Source: Eledone cirrhosa (lineage: Eukaryota). From it: a DNA stretch of 64,000 nucleotides. The notes under the pieces are model-generated. The model worked only from the letters and a program-made list of their open reading frames with translations, did no database searches and had not been told where the DNA came from. Numbering within the stretch: the first letter of the stretch is position 1; every line of letters starts with the position of its first letter. Made by a program: the position numbers and the translations under genes. Location of the stretch: NCBI GenBank assembly GCA_964016885.1, contig OZ024741.1, positions 207,514,001-207,578,000 on the forward strand. The letters are read 5' to 3'. Shown one piece after another: positions 12,871 to 29,227 of the stretch.

Positions 12871-13573
12871 TATATATATATATTTTTTATATATATATAT
12901 ATATTATTTTTATATGTTTTATGTGTATTTGCTGAATACGTTCGTATGTGTGCGGGTACAGGCGTTGCGTGGGTTCTTGTATGTGTACACGTAGTTTTGT
13001 GCACGTGCCTGCATTTGCATAACCATGGCGGATGTTTCCGCATATGCATGTGTATGTACTTATATGGATGCGTGCATCTATATATTTAATTATTTTTGAT
13101 TTCAATAACCTCTGTAATTTATTTACATTATTCTTAACTCCGAAGCCGAGAATCATTCTGTTTCCTAAATAGAATTTTAGTCTACGACTTCAGTTATACC
13201 ATAAACGTGGTTTTGTCTTTGCATGTAATTGTTCTCAGCGCTCCACATAATGACGTTTTTTTTTCGTTCTTTGCCAGGGAACGTTTCCACGAACCAAAGT
13301 ATCGTCTTCTTGTCTTCCTTCGGTTGTAACATTTTTCGAAATATTTACTTCTGCGATCACAGATTGATTTTTTTAGTTTCAGAAGATCCCGTTAAGGGTG
13401 AAAGCAACGATTCTTTGCTTAAACTTTAATCTGTTATTTTAATATATATATATATATAAAACTAAGTAAATACAGAAAAAAATCATAAAAAAATAATAAA
13501 TAAATTCTAAAAAGTTCACTTTACTTAGCATATGTGCCCTTACCGCGTTTTCAGATCCCAAACGAATAGATAA

Positions 13574-14418
13574 CACCGTGTAACAAAAACATTTTTTTTC
13601 TCTGTTCCTGGCTTGTAATCACTTTTTTTGTGTTGCTTAGGTAAATAAATAAAAAAAAGTGCTAAAAGTTTGGGTTTGTAAAAATTCTAAGCTATTCACT
13701 AGAATTGTTTGTATGCTGGATTTTACGTTGTATGTAAGTTTAATTTGCTTATCTTAAATGATTTTTTTTAAATATATGTTTCAGGTTAAATTAAAATTAT
13801 AAAATAAAGAGTAATACCTAAAGAAAATTATAAAAGTGCAATAAAGTATAACATTGTTAAAAGTGGAATAAAGAGATTTATTGATACTGGATTTTCGCAC
13901 CTTGATAAAGGCTTTTGGTCCCATGGGATGCAGGATGTCGCTTAAACTCCATATGCTGGACGCTCATCTGGAAAAATTCAAGGACAATATGGGCGCCTAC
14001 TCAGAAGAACAAGGCGAACGATTCCACCAAGATGTGAAAGATATAGAGCGGAGGTACCAGGGCCACTACAATGAAAGAATGATGGGGGACTATATCTGGG
14101 GGCTAGTGCGGGAATGCGACCTGGACTACAACCGAAAATCCAGGAAATCCAGTCATTTCTGACGTGTTATTTGTTTTTACTTTTGATAAGCTTGTGTTAT
14201 AAAATAAATATATACTTTGTTGATTTAATTATATGAACTGATAAATTTAAAAAAAATGTGTTTTTTCTTGAAAAATATGAACATTTTGAAATATCAAACT
14301 CCTGACCACAAACCCAAACTTCTGATTAAATAATAGTGTTTTTTTTTAATAATAATGGGATATAAAAAACCATGAAACGACACTTAGAACCAGGGAACAA
14401 AAAGTCTGTTACACGGTG
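13574..14418 (+). mobile_element. Internally deleted Chapaev3-type DNA transposon
   Basis: TIRs CACCGTGTAACA/TGTTACACGGTG and a 3-bp TAA TSD. Transposase C-terminus SLKLHMLDAHL...SEEQGERFHQD...RYQG at 13881-14162. Superfamily name recalled from the motif and the TSD length. Confidence 0.8.
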
Positions 14419-14853
14419 TAATCCAAGTGGATTTCCATTGCGAAAGAGATCATCGTCAGAATATAAAATTCCCGAGTTAAAATTACAAACTGGCGCCAAT
14501 CCAAACTGCCCCAGAATGAGAGCAAATGAATGATGAAGCAGTATTGTCATGGTACCGTGTGCAAAGACAAAAGCAAGGTGGATTACATGTAGGAACACAT
14601 ACTTTTATTATATATATATATGAGAAAAGTCAACAAAAATAAGCAACACAATGTAATACATTAAATGTATATTAGTTTAACACTTGATATTGTTGGAAAA
14701 GAGTCTTAATATTTCAGGCACTAGTCCTTCATCACCAGATAGGAACAGAGAGAAGACGGGGTATTTAGAAGAGGAAAGTAGAATGAAGACAGACAAAATT
14801 AAAAATCGGATGCAAGAAAAAGGAAAAGAAGCACAAGTTGTTGTTTATCACTC

Positions 14854-14958
<105 letters not shown>

Positions 14959-15771
14959 ATTCAGAACTCAGCAACACGACTACTAAAATAAGGTAGCAAT
15001 AAAGCTTCTTAAGATTTCTTAATGGTTTACCAACATAGTTGTATCGAAACAGAATAATGTAGATTGTGTCTTCAATTTCATTTCATAATTAAAATTTTCT
15101 TCTTGGCGTATAATCAAAAAAATATCTCGAGGTAAATGGGGTGACAATTGTTTAACAAAGAATATAGTTTTCAAAGAGGATAATATGGAGAATGTAACGT
15201 GCATAAAGAATGGATGTATAGTTGAAGTAAGATTTGCTAGTTAAGCTTTCTATACTATTATCCATTGTTCATATGCAGCTACTGAGTCACTTGACTCTTC
15301 CTCTATTTAATTATTTTTGTTTGAGACCATCTGACAAAGCCTTAACGACATGAAACTTCATGTTATGGACGTCAAAATTGTATGTCTAATAACGATTTCA
15401 CTTGGCAGAATTAGTTATCTTTATATAAAAATCTTCATTTTGTGGCATTTACCAATTTGCTACTGTACTGCAAATATTCAATATCAATTACATTCATTTA
15501 AGGTTTCCAATAATATAGGGCCACAATAGCTCTTTTAAATAGACCCCTACCGGACATTAATAGCTACTTTTTACAATGAATTTGTAAGTCATAATCAATG
15601 TTATAGCAATCTGATTTATCCATTCTACCATGCTTTATTTTTCAAATATAATCAAATATGGCAGTCTTCTACTGGTTGAATTAGCTATTGGCTTTAGCAA
15701 AACTCAAATACCAGTTAATCAATCAAACAATCAATCAAGTAATTAATCAATATATATATATGTGTGAGTGA

Positions 15772-15926
<155 letters not shown>

Positions 15927-16125
15927 ATGCGTGTATATATATATATATATATATGTTTTAGGAAATTCCGAAGGAAAAGCAAAGGAAAAAAAGTGCTCTA
16001 TGTATAGAACAGAGCTATTTAATTAGAAATTTAACAACACAAATTATAACTACTCCATTACCAAAGATTTCTGGATCACAGACGATAATAAAAGTAGTTA
16101 TGTTTTGTGTTGTTCAATTTCTAAT

Positions 16126-16228
<103 letters not shown>

Positions 16229-16453
16229 GTGACGTTTTTTTGGGAAAATGAAAAATAAGCGAAGTGACCTACACGAGTGAAAGTATAAAGAAAAAAAGAT
16301 GAAATCGAAAATGCACCTGGAGTCTTATTAAAAAAAATATATATATATTTATTTGGTTTCTTTACCGGTTTCACAGTTCTTCTGCTTTTCAAATGTAGAG
16401 TTGAGATGGAGGGTCTGTGGTAGAAAAAGCACAGACCCTCCATCTCAACTCTA

Positions 16454-16511
<58 letters not shown>

Positions 16512-16530
16512 CATATATATATAGATATTT

Positions 16531-16573
<43 letters not shown>

Positions 16574-16814
16574 GGAAAACGAAGAAACAGTGATGAAATA
16601 TATATATATATATACAATACACGTACATACATACATACATACATACATACATACATACATACATACATACATACATACAAATATATACATACATATTTTT
16701 TTAAATTCATATACTCACATTTGTGGTGTGTGCATCTTTAAATATGAATGCACATATATGTGTGTATGTTAAAATGTGTCTGTGGATATATATGCATATA
16801 TTTGTATGCACACT

Positions 16815-17073
16815 TTAACTGTCCATTGTTAAAAATATAACAAAATAGTACAAAGTGCAGATGAGTCCAAAGCTTGGCATGTATTTCACAGCATCACTTG
16901 AATCAAGACAGCCTGGTTGATAGTATTTGGCCTGTTTACACACTTCCTCTGGTGGGCTCCCTTGGCTGAGATACACCCCTCTCACATACTTGTCGTTCTG
17001 GCTGGTCATCCAGGTGGCACCAGCAAACACCATACCATTAGCTTGTACGAACTGCCTCATGTGAAACAGGCAT
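16815..17073 (-). CDS. Tandem-PEBP protein terminal exon with hydrophobic C-terminal tail
   Basis: Acceptor tctccAG|A (phase 2). Translates RCLFHMRQFVQANGM...CLDSSDAVKYMPSFGLICTLYYFVIFLTMDS, ending at stop TAA 16817-16815. Confidence 0.88.
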
Positions 17074-17404
17074 CTGGAGATAGAAGAGTAAAGTAATTCA
17101 ATATTTGGCCCATACCTCAATAAATCAAAGGTTGATTAGTTGTATAAAAATGATGACGTAAACCATAAGTTAATTTGAAAATTCAAAAACTAAATCAATT
17201 CTGAATTAGCTGCTGATATTTTAATCATAATGAAAATGTCGTAGCGTCATGAGTAAAATACATGACGTTTATTGAAAACATGGATTAATACGATAAAGTT
17301 GGATCTTGAATTGAAATCTGCTCTTTCCATATACGGCAGCCACCGTTAAAATCATCACTAGTCGATGAACTGACTCCATATACATATACATACATACATA
17401 TATA

Positions 17405-17891
<487 letters not shown>

Positions 17892-17998
17892 TATATATAT
17901 ATATATATATATGACCGTTGGCAAATCACTGATGAGGGACTCATTTTATAACATGTTATCCATGTGCAACCATGCAGTATTCTTCTCCCCATATTTTT

Positions 17999-18030
<32 letters not shown>

Positions 18031-18035
18031 ATATA

Positions 18036-19969
<1,934 letters not shown>

Positions 19970-19973
19970 ATAT

Positions 19974-20310
19974 ATATAAAGAATGAATAATAACAGGTAG
20001 ACATCATAAAAAGGTAATTTATTCCGTGTGCTTACAAATGTTTCCACGGAGGTACTACAGCCTAGTTATGCTATGTGCAAATTTACAACTATTTGCAGAA
20101 CTCAAATATCCAATAATGTGACCACTGTATCCTCAGAGCAGAATGCTCTGAGGATACAGTGGTCACAGCATTGGATATTTTAGTTCTGCAAATAGTTGTA
20201 AATTTGCACATATCATAACTAGGCTGTAGTACCTCCGTGGAAACATTTGTAAGCACACGGAATAAATTACCTTTTTATGATGTCTACCTGTTATTATTCA
20301 TTCTTTATAT
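19974..20310. repeat. Near-perfect palindrome with a 3-nt loop, HHR on each strand
   Basis: Axis cagagca-gaa-tgctctg at 20141-20143. Confidence 0.9.
20144..20255 (+). ncRNA. Type I hammerhead ribozyme with about 85-nt stem II extension (mirror copy 20029-20140, minus strand)
   Basis: tgct-CTGAGGA(20148)...GAAA(20240)-CATTTG-TA-agca. Confidence 0.6.
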
Positions 20311-20440
20311 ACACTCCGGAATACAGAAGGATCAGGAACTAAGTTTCTTCAACAATTCTTCCATAACTCGTAGAGTAACCTCTCACCGTACCTCAACCAT
20401 ATCCAGTGTAGTAATTAACCATTACTACATCTTGGATAAT

Positions 20441-20527
<87 letters not shown>

Positions 20528-21391
20528 CTTTTAAGAAATATTGAGAATATTTGAAATTTGAACTTTGAAGAAGTTGATCCTGCTCGGTAATCACATACAT
20601 CTGATTGACCTGTTGAATAGTCAACTTCTTTTCGTCATGCTGTGGATTCTCTGGTTGGAGCCACCTTAACTCATCCCGGGTGAACGCCGACATAAGTACA
20701 AATACATAAAAGCTTAGGAAAAGATGATCATCTACAAATTCACTTCTGAATTATCTGCCAAGGAGAAGTGTGGTACTTTGAACGGATGCCAAATTATGGT
20801 TGAAGAAAGGAAGATTTACATGTTTCAGTCCCAAGCCCATTTTCAAGAGAGAGAAAAGAGAAAGAGAATTCTATGTGTTATAGTTGATCTCTATTCTAGC
20901 AGTTACTATCTAACATCGTGTGCTTTCCTACATCACATCGATATTTGCGACAAAAATAACTCCATGAATCAACTACTAAGATTTTATGAGTTAATATTTT
21001 TGACAATTTGAAACAGAAAATAGCAACCAGACCACTGAGGACATTGCTCTACATATTAGCTACTAGTTGGATAACTGGGTTAACGATTAAATTTAGGGTG
21101 TTTATCAATTCTTTTTCTGCCATTTAACTGTTTTAATCAGCTTGCTCCCAGATAAATAGTCTGTCTTTTAGCAACAAAAGCGTCTATTCTACTAATCTCC
21201 AAAATGTCAATGTGCCACCCCTTGTTTCGATGTTTTTGATAAGAAATAACCACATGACTCAAATTCTGAAATTACTGCTAAGATATTAATTCTTTCGTGG
21301 AAATAATTCTAAAGAAGTACTCTCTATTTTAATTAGCTAATGAAGAATTTTGAAGGATTTACTAAAATCATTAATTGATTTATTACTATGA

Positions 21392-21798
21392 CTAGCAGAA
21401 AAACCACCCTTCGGGTGGTTTTCTGCTAGCATGTGTAGTGTGTATATTGATATTATACGCAGGTATATATACATGTAGATATGATACATGAAATAAAATC
21501 GTAATTGACAATATATAATACATAGAAATTGAACGAAGACTGCGTTACACTGTCTTATTTAATCAGTAACGTAATCCATGATACATTAAAAAAGACGATA
21601 TTATATATAAACTGCATTAGGAGAAAATTAGTATGTTTATTTAAGCGATGGCCACCGGAAGTGTTGAAATTTCAGAAATGTTAAAGAAGTGAATCTTTAA
21701 ATAAACAAAATATATTTAATGAACAGCCACGAAATTTATTAGATAAAAAAGAATAAACCGTACGCAATCCCGCAGACCTTCCTTTATTATAGTTTAGA
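21392..21798 (-). mobile_element. Complete non-autonomous Helitron
   Basis: A|TCTAAACTATAATAAA 5' end, 3' hairpin and CTAG|T, inserted at an AT target with no TSD. Confidence 0.85.
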
Positions 21799-22799
21799 TA
21801 GTAAATTTAAAATATGGTTCTTACATAAAATTATGTTGAAACATTATAATTTAAATAGGAACGCTTCAAAATGGGTGGTTTTATTTCATAGAATCAGAGC
21901 TAGTTTTTGGTGGTTTAGTATCATATTAGATATTATGAATGACACTGACAAGTGGTTTAGTATCATATTAGATATTATGAATGACACTGACAAGAAACAC
22001 CTGGACACTGACGGGGATGACCCATGTATGTGTTGCTTGCCATGTGACTGTTGCCAGTGAACTTGTTCTCTTTCCTCAAATTTGTAATTATCAAGTTTAA
22101 TATCGACTAAAACGTTCATTTTAAAATCTATTAATTTATTACGTAATATAGAGGCACACATTTTAAAAATAAATTTTTCGTGGCTCATTAGTTATGTTTT
22201 GTTAACGTCACGAGTTTTACTAAATTAATAACTGAACAATTAAACATCGTATCCCGTGTTTCTAGACATATGTTTAATTATACGCAGATTTCAAATATAT
22301 TTCAGAGCCAAATATTCGTAAAAATTGATCAGGCTTGACTAAATTTTATGTCATACGTAGAAAGTATTGTATAGGCAGTTTGGAAAACCCTTAACTAAAT
22401 ATATTCATAACAGTAGCTTGGTGTAATTTGAGAACGGATGAGGACACCTACACTCATATTAGCTCTTTCAGTAGTATATTTCTACTACAGTTGACCCCAG
22501 CAAAATTTGAACTAAGAACTTAAAGATACGTAGTTAAATATCCCAAGGATTTACAATTAAATGATGCAATGAGAGACCCTTTACACAATCATTCGTTTTG
22601 CTAGATATGGCAGTCAAATCCCCTTCAATTCATAAATTACTGTCTCAAAAAAGAGGATATATGTGAAAATGTAGTCCTAGTAATGGCTGGAATGTTTGAT
22701 CATTTCCCGAATCAGGATTGGTCTGGCGTCAAATAACAATATCTAAAAACACCCATCCACACACGTACACTCTATAAATGGCCTTGTACCCTTCCTTAC

Positions 22800-23073
22800 C
22801 TGCCCCTTAGTGCCTCGCCGCAATCGGAATAAAACCCATCCAGATCCTCTCTTTTCAGTCTCCGGGGTTGTTTCAGCAGAATAAAGTAGTAGAAATGAGG
22901 ATCCTCATCTGGTGGTAGCGGCCCTATATAGGAGTGCAGTTCTTCCCCAGTTGACAATTGCTTGCCTACAATGTTAATGGTCATCCAATGGATAAGTGGG
23001 TAAGTAGAGTTACCTAATGATTGGTATACCTCGGGGATATCTGGATCAACCATAACAAGAGTATAGAGGGAAC
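22800..23073 (-). CDS. Tandem-PEBP protein exon 7 (core of PEBP domain 2)
   Basis: Acceptor tttacAG|GT (phase 1), donor AG|GTAAG (phase 2). YTLVMVDPDIP...HWMTINI...YIGPLPP...HFYYFILLKQ carries the PEBP signature motifs DPDxP, HW and GPxPP. Confidence 0.93.
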
Positions 23074-23955
23074 CTGTAAAATAAATAAATAAATTAGTAT
23101 TTTAATACTTAATCAATTATTATAAAGAAATAAATGGGGGAGATATGGGATTAGACATGTGTATTTCATTTCAATTTTATTTTATTTTTCTTTGTTTTGT
23201 GTACCCTAACATCTGATGGGACTTGAGAAATAGAAGGCGGCTATTTGCAACATGAAACAGGTGATATTGAAACACTTGTCAGCTATGCAGTGTTACCACT
23301 GCTTCCAGAGTTGAATAACGTACAAATCTATGGTACTTATGTTATTGCTGTTGTGGACACATTCTTCATTCTATCACCATTTCGTGATCGTGTTCTTCTC
23401 AAGATGTTTTTATTCTTGATATAATCATGATACGAAATTCTCAAGCACCTTTGGCAATAGGCATCCAATGTTTTTGTGGTTTTCGTAGTTTCTTTCCACA
23501 TTTCACTATACGTAGAACAAAAAGGCAGTTCTTGATGCTGGTGTTCAGTGAGTTTATAGATCAAATTTTACACATTCATTGAAATACTACTACTTCTTCT
23601 TATCGTGTCCACAAGAGTGTCGGCTACAAAGCTTGGCTAGATGTAGTTCCGCTACAGGTGAACACATTGATGCCCTTTCTCATTAAACTCTGCCAAGTCC
23701 AAAGCTGTGCAGGGGTGTTCTAGCAGGGGGCATATCAGGAGGTGCTGCGTAGTCTGTGGTTCGATGCCGCAGTCACACACAACGTCCCCATACTTTAAAT
23801 ATCCCCACACTACTGTTGCCTTTCAAATTCTGCATTTGGCATTTGTCTCTACTAATTACATTAATAATCTCAGTTAATCGATATTTTTCTACTTACTGGA
23901 ATGAATATGAGAGAATCTGTCTCATGGTACAATTTCTCAGAAATAAATAACTTAC

Positions 23956-24086
23956 GGAGAAATTCTTCCATTTGATGTTGATCAAGGGTCATAAAACTGA
24001 TTGTGACATTAGGATGTACTCCAGACCGGGTATCAACCGCTTTCGCTGTTCCGTTCGCCAGAGGGTTCAAATAAACGACCGCAGCA
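23956..24086 (-). CDS. Tandem-PEBP protein exon 6
   Basis: Acceptor ttttcAG|T (phase 2), donor CTCC|GTAAG (phase 1). Translates AAVVYLNPLANGTAKAVDTRSGVHPNVTISF...EEFL. Confidence 0.85.
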
Positions 24087-24547
24087 CTGAAAATAATATT
24101 AATTTAAACTAGATCTCAGATAAGTAATAATAAATCAGTGTAAAGTGAAGTATAGGGTGTGAATGGTGGATAGAAATACTTCTTTCGATCAAAGATATAG
24201 AAATACAAGACCAAAGAATGAGAAATCTAGGAGTTTGGCTGAAGGTAAAAATCCGACCGTGAGGAGGCTACTCTTAACCGATTACGTAACACTTAATTTC
24301 TGTGCACGCCAGCCTCGTATAGGACTGTCGCCAGCAGATAGAGTAGCAGAAACTAATGAATTAGTCCGGGGTTAGAGAATAACATTCTCTACCCACTCGA
24401 AATCGTTTTTCCTCACCATTTAACATATTAGTGTGCACACTGCTTTCCTTTAGATTGGTATCTTAATGATACTGGGTTAATCAAAGTATTGAGCGAGTGA
24501 GAAAACGATTGAAGGCTTTTCGGTCCTATCCGATGACTTCATTTCAG

Positions 24548-24623
<76 letters not shown>

Positions 24624-24750
24624 TCTTTCTTGAACATGTCGGACCTTGTTGTCTCTTGAGGTCACTGGTTGTGACTTGGTGATAACTCGTATGAACATAA
24701 AGCAAGATGAATGAAAAAAATAATAATAACAACAACAACATAATACATAC

Positions 24751-24871
24751 TTCGATTTATACTCATTGCAGCATGACTGATACGTTATACCGTCAGATCT
24801 GAAGGAAACATACAACCCAACTGTGAGTTGTAGATCAGGTGGAATAAATGATCGTTTGTGTTTTTCAAGTG
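24751..24871 (-). CDS. Tandem-PEBP protein exon 5
   Basis: Acceptor ggcAG|CA (phase 1), donor AA|GTATGT (phase 2). Translates ALEKHKRSFIPPDLQLTVGLYVSFRSDGITYQSCCNEYKS. Confidence 0.8.
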
Positions 24872-24947
24872 CTGCCATCAGATAGGAAATTATGGAATGA
24901 GAAACAAAAAAATGCGTTAAATCAAATACTTTTATAGATGCCTAAAC

Positions 24948-24948
<1 letters not shown>

Positions 24949-25033
<85 letters not shown>

Positions 25034-25096
25034 TTGCTGTTGATGATGATGATGATGACGATGATGATGACGATGATAATGACGATGATGATGATG
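24949..25096. repeat. (GAT)n microsatellite
   Basis: Direct reading. Confidence 0.95.
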
Positions 25097-25801
25097 GCGG
25101 AGACATGGTACGTAAATATTGATCTCATTGCTACACTGATACGAGAAACTAACTTAAATGTATAAACTTTGTCAACTTTTCAAATCTTTTTGTTTAGTTA
25201 GTTATTTGAGTTCACGAGATAAGATATGATGAAATGTTACTCCGTAATACATAGGGAGCAATGGTTGGGCAAGCTGTAATTGTTGAACTGATTTTAACGT
25301 TCTGATTTTGTTGTCTTTATACTTCTATATATAATTGAGAATCCACTTGAAGGTTGCTTTTGTTGGCAACAATCTTGAAGTTTTGAAACAGTAACCATCT
25401 TAAACTACAATGTCTTAGTAGACATATATACAATACATACAAATGTATCAATTATTGTGTTTCTTTGTTCTTGAAATTAATTTCGGATTGCAATTATATA
25501 ATAATATATGACAGGCATTATACAACTCTTAAACACACACGTATATATACGTGTCTGTGTGTGTGTGTATAAAGGATAAAGATCCCATAACTCCTTGTAG
25601 AGTCGTAGAAGCACCGTCGTAAGGCGTGTCTAGGGCACTTTTAAACCGGGCGGAGCCCAACCATCTCCAGCTCTCAACAGAGTCGAACAGAGGAAGAATC
25701 GACCCAGTACTGGACTGGTACTTTTTATCGACCTCGAAAGGATGAAAGGCACAGTTGACCATGGCGGGAGGTGAGACGAATATCGTAATACATTCTAAAC
25801 G

Positions 25802-25897
<96 letters not shown>

Positions 25898-25968
25898 TAT
25901 TGATGTTTCCGTTGAAAATTGAAAAAGTCATAGGAGTAAAGAGTGCTCTATGTAAGTTACAGAGCTAA

Positions 25969-28900
25969 ATTTAATGTATAATAAACAATACAATATAATT
26001 ACCTCATTACCAGAGGTTTCCCGAATAAGACGAATACAAGAAACGTCCTCATTCGTTCGTCAGACAAAGCAATTTAAAACATAGTGAAATATTTGAAAAA
26101 TCTCCTCAAGAAAGGCAAAACTTTAAAGGGCAAAAAAAATATATATATATATATAAATAAAAGTAATGCAAGAGATATATAAAAATAAAATAAGGAAATA
26201 TAGTAAGGGTATGTGTATAAATGTGTGTATATGCACCTACAAATGTACATATGTGTGTTTGTACAAATACATGTGTATAGTGAAAAAATGTGTGCGTAAG
26301 TACATACATGAGGGCAAGCATACCAGTGAATGTGTGACCACAAATACGTATATAATATATGTTGAAAAAAGAAATTGTAAGATAGTTAGCGTACATACAG
26401 ACTCAGGGACTAAGGATTGAAATATATACACATACAAGTATGAAAGCACGCGTATAAACACACACACACGCGCAACCACATACATGCATGTGATATATAC
26501 AGGGAAGGGAGTGTATCAGTCAAAGCAGTGTCAGGCTGAAGGTCGATAAATATATAAAAATATAAAATATGATAAATATAAAAAATGGATAAATAGCTCT
26601 TCCGTAGTACATTGGTTTAATAATATTAAAGATAAAAATAGTTCTAGATTCACCCAATTTGACATTGTAGACTTCTACCCGTCTATTACTCACCCTCTTT
26701 TAACGAAAGCATTAAATTTCGCTAGAAAGTTTATCAATATTTCTGATATTGAAGAGAATGTCACTTTACTATTTACTAATAATGACACTTGGGTAAAAAA
26801 AAAACTAACCCAGAGAACCCATTCGATGTCTCAATGGGTTCTTTTGACAGTGCTGACGTGTGTGTCAGCCTATTCCTCCTACACACACTTAAAGAGAAAT
26901 TCCCTAACCATACCTTTGGGCTTTATCGCGACGATGGTCTAATAATTTCCCATACCACTATAGGCCATAACTTAGATAGATTCAGGAAAGACTTAATAAA
27001 AACCTTCGCTAGTTTTAATCTTAAAATTACCATTGACACTAACCTTTCTAATGTTAATTTTCTAGATATAAACCTAGATCTGCCTACGGCTTCTTATAAA
27101 CCCAATGAAAATTTAAAATATATAAATAAAGGCTCTTGCCATCCTCCTATAGTTTTTAAAAATCTTATTCCTAATATTAGCCGTAGGATCTCCACCCTCT
27201 TTTCCTCAGAAGCTATTTTCAATAAGGCATCCCCTACTATAATAAAGCCCTTCAAAATAGCGGATTTAGCGAACCGATTAAGTACATACCCAACAATACT
27301 AACCCCTTTAAACATAATAATAGGAAAAGAAAAATAATCTGGTTCACACCCCCTACACTTTAGCAGTTAAAACTAATGTAGGCAAAAAATTCCTAGAGCT
27401 CTTAGATAAACATTTTCCTAGAATATAGATACTATAAGATCTTCAATAGAAACTGTGTCAAAATCAGCTACTCCTGCGGTCCCCCTATTAAATCTTATAT
27501 CCTCAATAAGAAAATATCCAGAGAACATCAAAATTGCTCCTGTAGAGTCAAAAGTGAATGCCCATTACAAGGTAAATGCAACACCAAAGCCATTGTATAT
27601 GCGGCTAAAGTGACAACCACCAGCAAAAACCTACCAGCCACCAGCCACCAGCGAACAATATGTGGGTATGACACAAGACAAATTCAAAACGCGTTATTTC
27701 TCATATGTCGCATCTTTCCGACATCCTGAAAAAAGATTTACAACAGCTTTGGCTAGCAGAATATGGGATTTGAAAGACCAAGGTATCCAATATAAATTAG
27801 ATTGGTCAATTTTGAACCAATCTAAAGAATATGCAAGAGGAACAAGAAGATGCGCACTCTGCATAAGTGAAAAATATTGGATTTTACAGAACCTTAAATC
27901 ACCAAAAAACCTTCTTAAATGCAAAAACAGAACTTTTCACCAGTTGCCCACACATGAAATCACACTTGCTTTCCAGCTCATATAAACTTAACTCACTTTC
28001 AGATAGTTATCCTCCATAAACTCTTGTTCTTCACTTTCCTTAACTTACTTTCTTTACAGACTTCTCTTTCTGATTTACTTTTATTTTTATTTTTATTTTA
28101 ATTTTTATTTTTATTTTTATTTTTATTTTTATTTTTTTTATTTTTATTTTTATTTTTATTTTTATTTTTATTTTTATTTTTATTTTTATTTTTATTTTTA
28201 TTTTTATTTTTATTTTTATTTTTATTTTTATTTTTATTTTTATTTTTATTTTTATTTTTATTTTTATTTTTATTTTTATTTTTATTTTTATTTTTATTTT
28301 TATTTTTATTTTTATTTTTATTTTTATTTTTATTTTTATTTTTATTTTTATTTTTATTTTTACTTCATACCCACCAGTGATTCACTTACTTTATATCTTC
28401 ACAATTTTACATATTTTACTTCCCCCTTTTCTTTCACTACCTGATTTGACTGTCACTTGTGTTTTCAACTCCAGATATATTCTGTTGTCCCTCAGCCGCT
28501 TTTATGTATGTTTACTTGCGTATAATTTGTACTCATTTATTCATACGGCTGGTTTTTATATTGTATGTATGCGTGTAAGTGTGCATATGTGTGTATACGT
28601 ATTTGCATATGTATACGAATACATTCGTATGTGAGCGTGTATGTGTATATGTGTGTTTTTATATCTGTTTTTTGCATACTTATATATATGTGTGTGTGTG
28701 TGTGTATATATATATGTGTGTGTGTATATATATATGTATATATATATATATGATCGCGTGCGTGCGTGTGATTAGATGTACATGTATGTATATATATATG
28801 TGCTTCGTGTGTATGTATGCGCACTTTTGTATGTATGTACGCATGTATGTGCTTTTGTCTGTACGTGGTCACACATTCACTGATATGCTTGCCCTCACGT

Positions 28901-29227
28901 ATGTACTTACGCACACATTTTTTCACTATACACATGCATTTGTACATACACACATATATACATTTGTAGGTGCATATATACACATTTATACACTTACCCT
29001 TACTATATTTCCTTATTTATTTTTATATATCTCTTGCGTTACTTTTATTTATATTTTTTCTTTGCCCGTTAAACTGTTGCCTTTCTTGAGGAGATTTTTC
29101 AAATATTTCACTATGTTTTAAATTGACTTGTCTGACGAACAAATGTGGACGTTTCTTGTATTCGTCTTATTCGGGAAACCTCTGGTAATGAGGTAATTAT
29201 ATTGTATTGTTTATTATACATTAAATT
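25969..29227 (+). mobile_element. Naiad-type PLE family C, 5'-truncated, with inverted pLTR
   Basis: RT FDIVDFYPSI, FDVSMGSFDSA and GLYRDDGL, linker CSCRVKSECPLQGKC, EN CALCISEK. Arms 25969-26340 and 28865-29227. A (TTTTTA)n tract lies at 28078-28362. Confidence 0.9.
25999..26072 (-). ncRNA. Type I hammerhead ribozyme (mirror copy 29123-29196, plus strand)
   Basis: ttgctttgt-CTGACGA-stem II cgaatgaggacg/cgtcttattcg-GAAA-CCTCTGG-TA-atgaggtaa. Stem I is 9 bp including G-U pairs. Confidence 0.8.

Larger units (their letters stand above)
7205..13445 (+). mobile_element. Naiad-type PLE family A, inverted partner copy with nested insertions
   Basis: N-terminus KNIPVP...FIKRLRW (7412), RT FDVSMGASDSAEV/GLYRDDGL (9051-9779), linker CNCRNRVDCPLSGKC and GIY-YIG (9754-10362). 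The pLTR resumes at 12870 after the insertions. Confidence 0.92.

Noticed and set aside
20530-21011. Possible additional exons or ORFs in the last intron
   Set aside because: No recognisable motif, and exons 7 and 8 already join in phase.
21910-21993. 42-bp direct duplication
   Set aside because: An ordinary local tandem duplication in an intron with no further structure.
24922-25165. Poly-Met/poly-Ile ORFs and the many [12 protein letters not shown] ORFs
   Set aside because: They are microsatellite translations.
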